Positions 50,691 to 58,239 of a DNA stretch of 58,239 bases are shown here, piece after piece. Below the pieces are notes generated by a model. The model made no database searches. It was not told the origin of the DNA and saw only the letters and a program-made list of their open reading frames with translations. A program made the position numbers and the translations under genes. The first letter of the stretch is position 1. The number at the start of each line of letters is the position of its first letter. This DNA comes from Phycisphaerales bacterium (GTDB taxonomy: Bacteria > Planctomycetota > Phycisphaerae > Phycisphaerales > UBA1924): NCBI GenBank assembly GCA_047620485.1, contig JBLHKT010000027.1, positions 1 through 58,239 on the forward strand. Reading direction: 5' to 3'.

Positions 50691-51863
50691 ATGCGTATCA
50701 TCCCATTGTTCGAAAGGGGACGACTCGTGATCCAGGGAGCGCTCAACATCAAGAAACTGCTCAGTGCGATGCGGCGCCTCGATGCGTCGGACCTGCACAT
50801 CAAGGTGGGGATCTCCCCGACCTACCGTATCGGCGGGATGCTCCGGCCCATCGAGGCCGACCCGATCGGCGAGGACGAGGCGGATCACCTGCTCGACCCG
50901 TTGCTGAGCGAGGTCCAGCAGGCGATGTTCGACGAGACCGGGAATCTCGATTTTGCGTGGCATTTCGAGCACCCGGACGGGACGACCGACCGGTTCCGGA
51001 TCAACATGCTGCGGAGCGGGAACCACACCCACGCCGCGATCCGGCGGGTGAAGGGTGTGATCCCGACGTACGAGGACCTGCGGCTGCCGCCGGTGTACTC
51101 GCAGATCGTGGACAAGGAGCGTGAGGGACTGGTGCTCATCGTGGGAACGACGGGGTGCGGCAAGTCGAGCACGCTGGCGGCGATGGTGGACCACGTGAAC
51201 CAGACGCGGGCCGAGAACATCATCACGGTCGAGGACCCGGTCGAGTATCGGTTCGAGCCCAAGCTCTCGATCATCTCCCAGCGTGAGATCGGGATCGATG
51301 TCAACGACTTCCACACCGCGCTGCGGTACGTGGTTCGCCAGGATCCCAACGTGATCCTGATCGGCGAGATGCGGGACCAGGAGACCGTGCTCAGCGCGAT
51401 CCAGGCGGCCGAGACGGGGCACCTGGTGTTCGCGACGCTGCACACGGGCGACACGATGGGCGCGTTCGGCCGTATGCTCGAGTTCTTCCCGCAGGACGAG
51501 CGAGCGTTTGTGCGGGGCTCCTTGGCGGGGACACTCAAGGCGATCTGTGCGCAGCGACTGATCGCGGCCAACGAGGACGTGGCGGGGAACAAGGTGGTGC
51601 CGGCCTGTGAGGTGCTGCTGACCTCGCCGACGGTCCGCGAGTTGATCCGTGACGAGCGGGACACCGACCTGCCCGCGGTGGTGGCCAACAGCAAGAGCGA
51701 GGGGATGCAGTCGTTCACGCAGGCCCTGGCCGAGCTGGTCGAGAAAGAGTGGATCGACATGCAGACGGCGATGGATTATGCCCCGAACGTGGACGCGCTC
51801 AAGAGCATGCTCAAGGGCGTGGAGGTCAAGGCGGGCACGCTGGTCGGCCGGCTCAAGGGCTGA
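50691..51863 (+). CDS. pilT: Type IV pilus retraction/twitching ATPase, PilT/PilU family
   Basis: LVLIVGTTGCGKSSTLAAMVDHVN (Walker A), ITVEDPVEY, and Asp/His boxes typical of PilT. Confidence 0.85.
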   Translation: MRIIPLFERGRLVIQGALNIKKLLSAMRRLDASDLHIKVGISPTYRIGGMLRPIEADPIGEDEADHLLDPLLSEVQQAMFDETGNLDFAWHFEHPDGTTDRFRINMLRSGNHTHAAIRRVKGVIPTYEDLRLPPVYSQIVDKEREGLVLIVGTTGCGKSSTLAAMVDHVNQTRAENIITVEDPVEYRFEPKLSIISQREIGIDVNDFHTALRYVVRQDPNVILIGEMRDQETVLSAIQAAETGHLVFATLHTGDTMGAFGRMLEFFPQDERAFVRGSLAGTLKAICAQRLIAANEDVAGNKVVPACEVLLTSPTVRELIRDERDTDLPAVVANSKSEGMQSFTQALAELVEKEWIDMQTAMDYAPNVDALKSMLKGVEVKAGTLVGRLKG

Positions 51864-51899
51864 TCGCTCGGTGCGGGTGCACTCATCGGAGGCGCGGGT

Positions 51900-53129
51900 A
51901 TGAGTGTGAGCCTCTGGCAGCGGGCCGGGAGTGACGGGAGTGACGGGGGCGACGGACGCGTCGGGGGCGTGGGGGGGGAGCCGCGCACCGGGCGGGGTGA
52001 GACGGTCTCGTGTGATGTCGCGGTGATCGGGGCGGGAATCACGGGGATCTCCGCGGCGATCGAGCTTGAGCGGCGTGGGCTGAGCGTTGTCGTGTTCGAG
52101 GCCGGGGTGCTGGCCCACGGCGCGAGCGGTCGCAATGCGGGTTTCCTGATGCGCGGGGCGGCGGACAACTACGCCGCGGCGATCCGAGAGTGGGGGCCCG
52201 AGAAGGCCTCGATGCTCTGGCGGTGGACCGAGGACAACCTGAAAGCACTTCGGGCCCAGGGGATCGAGTCGCTGAGGTCCTTTGAGAACCGGGCCTCGTG
52301 CCTGGTCGCGGTGGAGGAGGGCGAGGAGCATGAGCTCCGCGAATCCGCTCAGCTCTTAACCCGGGACGGGTTTGAGGCCGAGCTGATCGAGCCCAGGGAC
52401 GGGCCCGACGATGCGGTCTGGGCACGGGCGGGGCCGAGGGTCGGGCTGCTTAACCCGCACGACGCGGTCGTCAGCCCGTACGAGATGGTCTGCTGGCTGC
52501 GGGGAAGGCTGAAGAAAACGCCCGTGATCGAGGGCGTCGAGATCGATCAGATCCAGGCTGACGACCGCGGGCGGGTGCGGCTGACCGGCGGCGGGGCGGT
52601 GCGTGAGGCCTTGTGCGGCCGGGTTCTTGTCGCGACCAACGCTTGGGGCGGGGTGCTGGTGCCGGGGCTGCCGGTTGTGGCCAACCGCGGGCAGATGCTC
52701 GCGGCCAGACCGAAGAACCCGAAGGACGCCGAGCTGCCGCACGCGTACTACATCAACCATGGCTCGGAGTATGTGCGGCAAGGGCCCAGGGGCTGGGGCG
52801 AAGGGCTGGTGATCTTCGGCGGCGCGAGGAAGCACGACGAGGTCGCTGAGCGATCGCACGGGCAAGAGCCGACTCGGGCGGTTCAGGGGAAGATCGAGGA
52901 GATGCTCAGGCGATGGGTGTGCGAGGAGTACGAGGTGGTGGCGCGGTGGGCTGGGACGATGGGCTTTGGCCCTGATGGGCTGCCCACCATCCGGCGCGTG
53001 GGCGACGGGGGCGCGGAGGTCTGGTACTGCGGGGGGTTCACCGGGCACGGGATGTCGATGGCGTTCACGGCGGCCAAGGCCGCGGTCGGTGCAATGCTTG
53101 ACGGGGCTCCGACACCCTTCGGGCCGTGA
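51900..53129 (+). CDS. FAD-dependent oxidoreductase (DAO/glycine-oxidase-like)
   Basis: Rossmann fingerprint DVAVIGAGITGISAA plus GASGRNAGF. The true start is probably about 90 nt downstream of the ORF start. Confidence 0.7.
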   Translation: MSVSLWQRAGSDGSDGGDGRVGGVGGEPRTGRGETVSCDVAVIGAGITGISAAIELERRGLSVVVFEAGVLAHGASGRNAGFLMRGAADNYAAAIREWGPEKASMLWRWTEDNLKALRAQGIESLRSFENRASCLVAVEEGEEHELRESAQLLTRDGFEAELIEPRDGPDDAVWARAGPRVGLLNPHDAVVSPYEMVCWLRGRLKKTPVIEGVEIDQIQADDRGRVRLTGGGAVREALCGRVLVATNAWGGVLVPGLPVVANRGQMLAARPKNPKDAELPHAYYINHGSEYVRQGPRGWGEGLVIFGGARKHDEVAERSHGQEPTRAVQGKIEEMLRRWVCEEYEVVARWAGTMGFGPDGLPTIRRVGDGGAEVWYCGGFTGHGMSMAFTAAKAAVGAMLDGAPTPFGP

Positions 53130-53245
53130 CGCGACGGCTTGGCTTGGGGGCGGTCGGGATGCGGCGGGCATCGTGACGCGGAGGGCGCAAAGAAACAGCC
53201 TCACCCTTGGGTGAGGCTGCGGAGACTGAGCGATGTTGCGGCCGC

Positions 53246-54031
53246 TCAGACGCGACGGCGGCGGGCGGCGACGAGGCCCCCGAGACCCATGAGGGCGACG
53301 GTCGCCGGGGCCGGCACGACGAAGAACTGGGTGTTGATCGAGGCGGCGTCGTTGGCGCTGAGGGTGAAGCCAGCCGAGGCGCTGATGCTCGAGACCGGGC
53401 CGATGAATCGGTTGGAGAAATCACCCGGGTCGTTCCCGGCATCCGAGTTTGAGCCGAACGCGCCCGCGGCGAGGTTGTACCCGCTGAGCAGTGACGAGAA
53501 GTTGGTTCCGCCGTTGTAGTCGGCCCCGTAGACGTCCCCGTTGGCGCTCATGAGGGCACCGTCGCCGGTGCCGTCGGTGAGGGTGACCGCCGAGGAGGCG
53601 AAGCCGCTGGCTCCGCCATACGCGGCGTCGAGCCCGTAGTCGCCGCCGGAGAAGCTAAACGTGGTGTCCGCGTCCATCGAGTTGACGGTGTAGGCGAAGG
53701 CAAAGATGCGTGCGGGGCTGAGCAGGTCGCCCGGGTTGCCGCCGATGAGGACGTCAGCCTGGGTGATGAGGCCGATCAGGGCGTTGGTGCCCGAATCGCG
53801 GAGCTCGATGGGGCTCTGGGCCAGGGTGACCTGGAACAAGAAGAGCTCGGCCCCGTTGCCGATATTGGGGACATAGAACCCGTTGGGGTCGGTCAGATCG
53901 AGCTGCCAGCTGGCACTGCCCAGCGAGCTCGACGCGCCGATCGTCATCACCGTGGATGGGATGGCGGCGAGGGCGGAGCCGGCGGTCATGGCAAGACCGA
54001 GTGCCGCGGTTAGGGCGATGGTGTAGCGCAT
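53246..54031 (-). CDS. PEP-CTERM sorting-signal secreted protein (261 aa)
   Basis: Signal peptide, then C-terminal VVPAPATVALMGLGGLVAARRRRV (PEP motif, TM helix, Arg cluster). Confidence 0.85.
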   Translation of the reverse strand: MRYTIALTAALGLAMTAGSALAAIPSTVMTIGASSSLGSASWQLDLTDPNGFYVPNIGNGAELFLFQVTLAQSPIELRDSGTNALIGLITQADVLIGGNPGDLLSPARIFAFAYTVNSMDADTTFSFSGGDYGLDAAYGGASGFASSAVTLTDGTGDGALMSANGDVYGADYNGGTNFSSLLSGYNLAAGAFGSNSDAGNDPGDFSNRFIGPVSSISASAGFTLSANDAASINTQFFVVPAPATVALMGLGGLVAARRRRV

Positions 54032-54124
54032 GTCATCTCTCTCTTTCTCGTGTTCCCGGGGTTTCTCAGGACCCGGGCCACATCATTTCTCTCTCATCCG
54101 CAAATCCGTGAGCCGTCGCTCTTT

Positions 54125-54161
54125 GCGAAAAAACGCGAGGTGCCGTTTCGGGCACGACGCG
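54125..54161 (-). terminator. Rho-independent terminator between the two PEP-CTERM genes (stem cgcgtcgtgcc/ggcacctcgcg followed by TTTTTTCGC on the minus strand)
   Basis: Imperfect 11-bp stem with a 6-nt loop followed by a T6 run, 19 nt downstream of the 54180 stop. Confidence 0.6.
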
Positions 54162-54179
54162 TTGAGAATTCGGAGTGGA

Positions 54180-54911
54180 TCAGCGGCGGCGACGGGTGGC
54201 GACGAGGCCGCCCAGGCCGAGCAGGGCCGCCGAGGCGGGCGTCGGAACCACGGTGAAGACGCTGGTGCCGGTCGCCGAGTCGAAGGCGGAGATGGTGAAG
54301 TCCCACTTCGCGGAGATGTCGGAGACCGAGGCGGCGACGAAGGAGTACGACCCGCTATTGGTGACGTCGTTGGCGGAGGTCCCGCCGGCACCGGTGATGA
54401 CGCCGCCGGTGAAGAGGTCACCGAAGACCGCGCCGCCGTTGTAGAGGGCCGAGTAGGCCCCCGCCCCGTTGGGCGAGACGGTGACGCCGTCGTTGAAGCG
54501 GTCCTGCACGGTGAGCGCGGCGCTGGCGACGCCGACCACGCTGGTGATCGGGGAGAAGACCAGCGGGTTGGCGTTGACCGTGAAGGAGCTGTTCATGAAG
54601 CCGGCCGAGAAGCTGAAGTCCAGCGTCACGGTCTGGGGGCTCCCGGCGCGGGTCGCGTCGGTCTTGATGTTCATGTTGAGCGAGTCGATGCCGCCGAGCA
54701 GATCGCCGAGTGCGGTGTCGTACCACTCCCAGCCACCGCCATTGAAGGAGTACCCAGTCTCGGTCTTCACCAACTGGTCGAAGCCGATATCGACCGTGGT
54801 CTGGAAATCACCAGCTCCAAAGCCGATGCTGATGGCGGTCTCGGCAGCGTTGGCTGAAGTACCAGCGATGGCCGCGACGAGGAGGACGCTAGCGATTCGA
54901 CAATTGTTCAT
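54180..54911 (-). CDS. PEP-CTERM sorting-signal secreted protein (243 aa)
   Basis: Signal peptide, then C-terminal VVPTPASAALLGLGGLVATRRRR. Confidence 0.85.
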   Translation of the reverse strand: MNNCRIASVLLVAAIAGTSANAAETAISIGFGAGDFQTTVDIGFDQLVKTETGYSFNGGGWEWYDTALGDLLGGIDSLNMNIKTDATRAGSPQTVTLDFSFSAGFMNSSFTVNANPLVFSPITSVVGVASAALTVQDRFNDGVTVSPNGAGAYSALYNGGAVFGDLFTGGVITGAGGTSANDVTNSGSYSFVAASVSDISAKWDFTISAFDSATGTSVFTVVPTPASAALLGLGGLVATRRRR

Positions 54912-55232
54912 GATCTCTCTCCATTCTCATTCAGGGTTGTGCCCTGGTTGACGGGTTTCTCAGGCCCGTAATCTCTCTTCAGTTCTCCGCTGGATGACCC
55001 CAGCGAAATGAAGCATAACGGAATTCCAAACCGATGGAAACCGGAATGCAAGGAGTTTTGCAAATTATTTGCGGACTTCGGGGCTCACCTAGCCCCAAGA
55101 TGCTGTATCCTTTCTGAGACCGAGCGGGGCTCCTCACCCATGTGGGGTGTTCGTCTCGGCCGAAAGAGAGAGCCTGGGAATTTTTCCGGGTGGACGAGAA
55201 GAGAGTACTTGAACGAGCACGGAGTATGTGAG

Positions 55233-56696
55233 ATGCGCAAGGCGTTGATGTCGCTCTGTTTAGGCTTAGTATCGCTGCAGGTCGGCGATGCCATCGCTGC
55301 GGATCGCCAGCCCGGAGCCCCGCTTCGTGTGCTCGTTCAGATCCCTGAGTCTCAAGCTCCCGAATCGGGGGATTTGGTTGAGATCGCCGCTCGGGCCTTG
55401 GGTTCGGAGCGGCTTATTGCTAGTCCGCTGATCTCTTGGACCCCTCGATATCCCGACCGCGTCCGAGAACTCGGGCTGGATCGGTACTACGAAATCGTCC
55501 CTGCCCGCGGTTGGGGCTGGGTCGATGCCTTGGCGGATCTGCCCGCCGGGACTGTGCTGCTGGGCGTGGAACCAGTCGGGGAACTGCACTTTGACGAGGG
55601 CGCCGGAGCGCGGGGCGACGAGTACCCGGACGATCCGATGTTCCCAATGCAGTTCGGTTTGCTGGACCCGATGGCCGGAATTGGGGCGCTCTCGGCGTGG
55701 CGAGAAACCTACGGCTCCGAGGAAATCGTGATCGCGGTCGTGGATTCTGGCGTCAGCGCTACCCATCGGGACCTGAAGGACCAACTCGTTGAGGGGTACA
55801 ACGCCCTGGACGGGTCGTCCAACACCGATGACGGGAACGCCTCGCACGGAACGCATATTGCCGGGATCGCGGCGGCGAGCACAGACAACGGGATCGGGAT
55901 CGCCGGGGTCAGCCGCGGCTCGAAGATCATGCCAATCAAGTCCTTTTACTCGTCGGGTTTCGGGCTCGAAACCGACGTGGCTGAGGGGATCATCTGGGCT
56001 GCGGATCACGGGGCGGACGTGATCTCGATGAGCTTTGGGTTCTCCAGTGTCTTGGGCCCGATGCAGGCCGCGATCCAGTACGCCTACGACAGCGGGGTGG
56101 TGCTGGTGGCCTCGACCGGGAACAGCCCGGGGCAACCGATCGGGTACCCGGCCAAGTATTCTGCCGTGATGGGTGTGGGGGCGTTGGCCAACGATGGCAC
56201 CCTGTGGAACAGTTCGCAGACCGGCCCGGAGGTGACCGTGGTCGCCCCGGGGGCTGGCATTCTCTCGACGTGGGACACGCCGACGGAGCGGAACACCTAC
56301 AAGCAGCAGTCGGGTACGTCGATGGCGACGCCGTTCGTCTCGGGGCTGGCGGGGCTGATCCTCTCGATCGCTCCTGAGCTCTCGCCCGATGAGGTGGAGT
56401 GGGTCATCCGTGATACCGCGTTCGATCTCGGGGATCCGGGTGTGGACTCGCAGTACGGGGCCGGGCGGGTGAGCGCGGCGGCAGCCGTGCACACCGCGTA
56501 CGCGCTGGCCGCGACGTCCTGCCGGGCGGATTTCTCGAAGGACGGGATCCGGGACGGGGCCGACATCATCGCGTTTGTGGAGGCCTTTCTGGCCAGCGAC
56601 CCCATCGCGGATCTGGCCATCCCGTTCGGGGTGTTCGATTCGCGAGACATCGAGCGGTTCCTGGACCTGTACATCAACGAGTGCGACGGGCAGTAA
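55233..56696 (+). CDS. Secreted subtilisin-like serine protease (S8) with a C-terminal dockerin-like repeat module (one DxxxDGxxDxxDIxxFxxxFL repeat; ends ...ECDGQ rather than Gly-Cys)
   Basis: VVDSGV, HGTHIAG and GTSMATPFVSG catalytic motifs, signal peptide MRKALMSLCLGLVSLQVGDA, and C-terminal DFSKDGIRDGADIIAFVEAFL. Confidence 0.85.
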   Translation: MRKALMSLCLGLVSLQVGDAIAADRQPGAPLRVLVQIPESQAPESGDLVEIAARALGSERLIASPLISWTPRYPDRVRELGLDRYYEIVPARGWGWVDALADLPAGTVLLGVEPVGELHFDEGAGARGDEYPDDPMFPMQFGLLDPMAGIGALSAWRETYGSEEIVIAVVDSGVSATHRDLKDQLVEGYNALDGSSNTDDGNASHGTHIAGIAAASTDNGIGIAGVSRGSKIMPIKSFYSSGFGLETDVAEGIIWAADHGADVISMSFGFSSVLGPMQAAIQYAYDSGVVLVASTGNSPGQPIGYPAKYSAVMGVGALANDGTLWNSSQTGPEVTVVAPGAGILSTWDTPTERNTYKQQSGTSMATPFVSGLAGLILSIAPELSPDEVEWVIRDTAFDLGDPGVDSQYGAGRVSAAAAVHTAYALAATSCRADFSKDGIRDGADIIAFVEAFLASDPIADLAIPFGVFDSRDIERFLDLYINECDGQ

Positions 56697-56841
56697 CTCA
56701 CCGGTCCGCGCGGGGTCGCGCGTTCCTGAGTGTCCGGCGGTGTCTATCCTTCTCACGGACTCAGGCCCATGATTTCGTTGTCCTGCGCGGCGCACGGTGC
56801 GTGGCGCGGGTGCAATCGGGCCTGCGAGATCCGGAGGTTTG

Positions 56842-57060
56842 ATGTCGAACAAGGACGAGAAGTTCAGCTTGGAAGCGATCGTGACCGAGGCGTTGCCCAA
56901 CGCCATGTTCAAGGTCCGGCTGCCCAACGATTCTGAGGTGCTGGGGTACGTCTCGGGCAAGATGCGCAAGCACTACATCCGAATCCTGCCCGGTGATACG
57001 GTCACGGTGGAGATGTCGCCCTACGACCTCTCGCGGGCCAGGATCACCTACCGCAGGTAA
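56842..57060 (+). CDS. infA: Translation initiation factor IF-1 (72 aa)
   Basis: [27 protein letters not shown]...[33 protein letters not shown] is a near-canonical IF-1. GGAGG ribosome-binding site 5 nt upstream. Confidence 0.95.
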   Translation: MSNKDEKFSLEAIVTEALPNAMFKVRLPNDSEVLGYVSGKMRKHYIRILPGDTVTVEMSPYDLSRARITYRR

Positions 57061-57192
57061 GTTGGGGGAGTCCGTGGCTGCCCCGACGGGGTGGGCTTGC
57101 GCGGATTGGCAACCGCGCGCCGCATCGCGTACACTGGGCGCGACGCGGGGGCCTGAGGCCCCCGGACCGAACCCGTCCATGAGGGCCGACCG

Positions 57193-57777
57193 ATGCGCAG
57201 ATCGTCTTCTTTATCGTTCAACCGGGGTGTGATCGGGCTGATGCTCACGGCGATGGCCGTTGGGCTCGGGCTCGGCGGTTGTAGCTCGACCGACCGAATG
57301 GGCCGCTACAACGTGGTCGTGTCACTCAGCGAGAGCATGCGTGACCCCGTCAGCCGTCTCTATCGCTCTGTCGAGGTGGACCTGGTCGGGGTGAACGCCG
57401 CAGAGAAATCGCGGTGGGACGGCATCGACGTGGACGCGTACTTCGCGCCCGACGGGCTGACCCGTAAGTCCGAGCAGTACAGCGAACTGATGACGTTCAC
57501 CAACGAGAACCCCGGGCCCAAGACGCTCTCGGTCAGCTCGGCGGCCTGGAACGGGTGGCTCGGGCCCAACCCGCGGCAGAACAACGCGGGCATCGGCGCC
57601 ACACAGCTCTATGTCCTCGCCAAGATGGCCAAGCCTCCCAGCGCGGCGCAGAGCGACCCACGCCTGCTGGTGCTCCCGCTGAGCACGACCAAGTGGAACA
57701 ACGGGCAGCGGATCGATATCGAGATCACGCCCGACGGGCTCAAGCTGCTCTCGGCGCCGAAGGTCGAAAAGGAGTAG
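57193..57777 (+). CDS. Hypothetical lipoprotein (194 aa, lipobox LGLGGC)
   Basis: Signal peptide with a Cys lipobox. No domain recognised. Confidence 0.5.
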   Translation: MRRSSSLSFNRGVIGLMLTAMAVGLGLGGCSSTDRMGRYNVVVSLSESMRDPVSRLYRSVEVDLVGVNAAEKSRWDGIDVDAYFAPDGLTRKSEQYSELMTFTNENPGPKTLSVSSAAWNGWLGPNPRQNNAGIGATQLYVLAKMAKPPSAAQSDPRLLVLPLSTTKWNNGQRIDIEITPDGLKLLSAPKVEKE

Positions 57778-57817
57778 GGGCGCACCCGTGGGCCCCACGC
57801 GCCGAAGGGATCGATCG

Positions 57818-58239
57818 GTGAGCGGTCTGGGCGAGTTTCGGGTCTCGGAGGCCTCTCGTCATGACGGATTGGTGATGATCGCACGGGCCGAGGGGCCCGG
57901 CGGCCCGTGCCGATTGCGAGTGTTCGAGGTCCCCGCTGGGCTCGGGCCACGGCCCGACCTCGCAGTTGACCTGCTCCGGTTTCTCGAGAGCGGCGGTCTG
58001 CAGGCTACCGCCGCAGAGCGGTCACCCGAGTGGGTCCCGGTGCTGGCGAAAGGGCGAGACGGCGGCAAGGCCTTCATCGCCACCGAGCCGGGCGGCGAGC
58101 CGATGCAGGGGCTCGTGGACCGCAAGGCCCACCTGAGCGCCGACGATCTGGAATCCATTGTTCGAGGCGTGATCGCCGGCCTGCGGGCCTACCACGCCGC
58201 GACCGACCGGGCGATGGGCTCGCTCTCGCTGGGCACGGT
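57818..58239 (+). CDS. 5' part of an ORF with no stop before the window end (GTG start?), hypothetical
   Basis: About 140 codons with no stop running into the end of the window; coding-like codon usage. Weak evidence. Confidence 0.3.
   Translation, partial: MSGLGEFRVSEASRHDGLVMIARAEGPGGPCRLRVFEVPAGLGPRPDLAVDLLRFLESGGLQATAAERSPEWVPVLAKGRDGGKAFIATEPGGEPMQGLVDRKAHLSADDLESIVRGVIAGLRAYHAATDRAMGSLSLGT

Noticed and set aside
54912-54990. Sigma-54 (TGGCAC-N5-TTGC) promoter upstream of the PEP-CTERM genes
   Set aside because: Looked for it because PEP-CTERM regulons have been linked to sigma-54-dependent regulators. The GGCAC-N5-TGAAT present here lacks the GC element and spacing. Not convincing.
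1-58239. CRISPR arrays, rRNA genes, IS transposases
   Set aside because: No regularly spaced direct repeats beyond the single 11-mer VNTR, no rRNA-like stretches, and no transposase-like ORFs (DDE/HUH motifs) seen in any frame.

Overview
This 58.2-kb window is a high-GC (roughly two-thirds G+C by eye) bacterial chromosomal segment. Gene content suggests a Planctomycetota/Phycisphaerae-like organism: PEP-CTERM proteins, C-terminal 'GC-type dockerin' modules on subtilases, an ECF-sigma/CHAT operon, lysine-rich H1-like proteins. That assignment is an inference from the proteins. Coding density is high and, because of the GC bias, almost every real gene is shadowed by long spurious antisense ORFs.

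Layout, left to right:
1. 9-617: the 3' end of a dockerin-tailed secreted protein.
2. 737-1028: a 290-nt repeat module containing a rho-independent terminator and an expanded 11-mer tandem repeat. A second copy of this module abuts tRNA-Asn(GTT) at 37.4 kb.
3. 1059-16618: a very long co-directional minus-strand array. It runs CheY-like response regulator > amtB > PII > glnA > flotillin > truncated hemoglobin > PAS-PP2C phosphatase > STAS anti-sigma antagonist > an unusual isochorismatase-like/APH-kinase/NUDT9-like tri-domain protein > IMPase-family phosphatase > a 1107-aa SBP-PP2C-RsbW fusion > beta-barrel OMP > hypothetical. A NarL-type two-component system lies upstream at 16790-20315.
4. 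About 20.3-30.6 kb: a roughly 10-kb degraded integrative element. It carries a catalytic-domain-only tyrosine recombinase beside an RHS fragment, a ParB-MTase fusion, a Prim-Pol/D5 primase-helicase, and a large serine recombinase with its DUF2924 partner.
5. 30590-36121: an ECF sigma > anti-sigma > TPR-CHAT > S8 subtilase (GC-dockerin) operon.
6. 37426-37498: tRNA-Asn.
7. 38805-42703: an operon of ChlI-like AAA+ ATPase, VWA protein and a zinc-ribbon membrane protein.
8. 42826-44289: a secreted alpha/beta hydrolase.
9. 44428-49143: three tandem paralogs with flagellin-D0-like N-termini, Flagellin_IN motifs and an invariant C-terminal RRLDLE.
10. 49277-58239: glycerate kinase, PilT, FAD oxidoreductase, two PEP-CTERM proteins with a shared leader, a second dockerin-tailed subtilase, infA, a lipoprotein and a partial 3'-terminal ORF.

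The two candidates I consider most likely to be novel are the flagellin-like paralog trio (44.4-49.1 kb) and the ADP-ribose/nucleotide-linked partner-switching operon centred on the tri-domain protein (7.1-9.7 kb).
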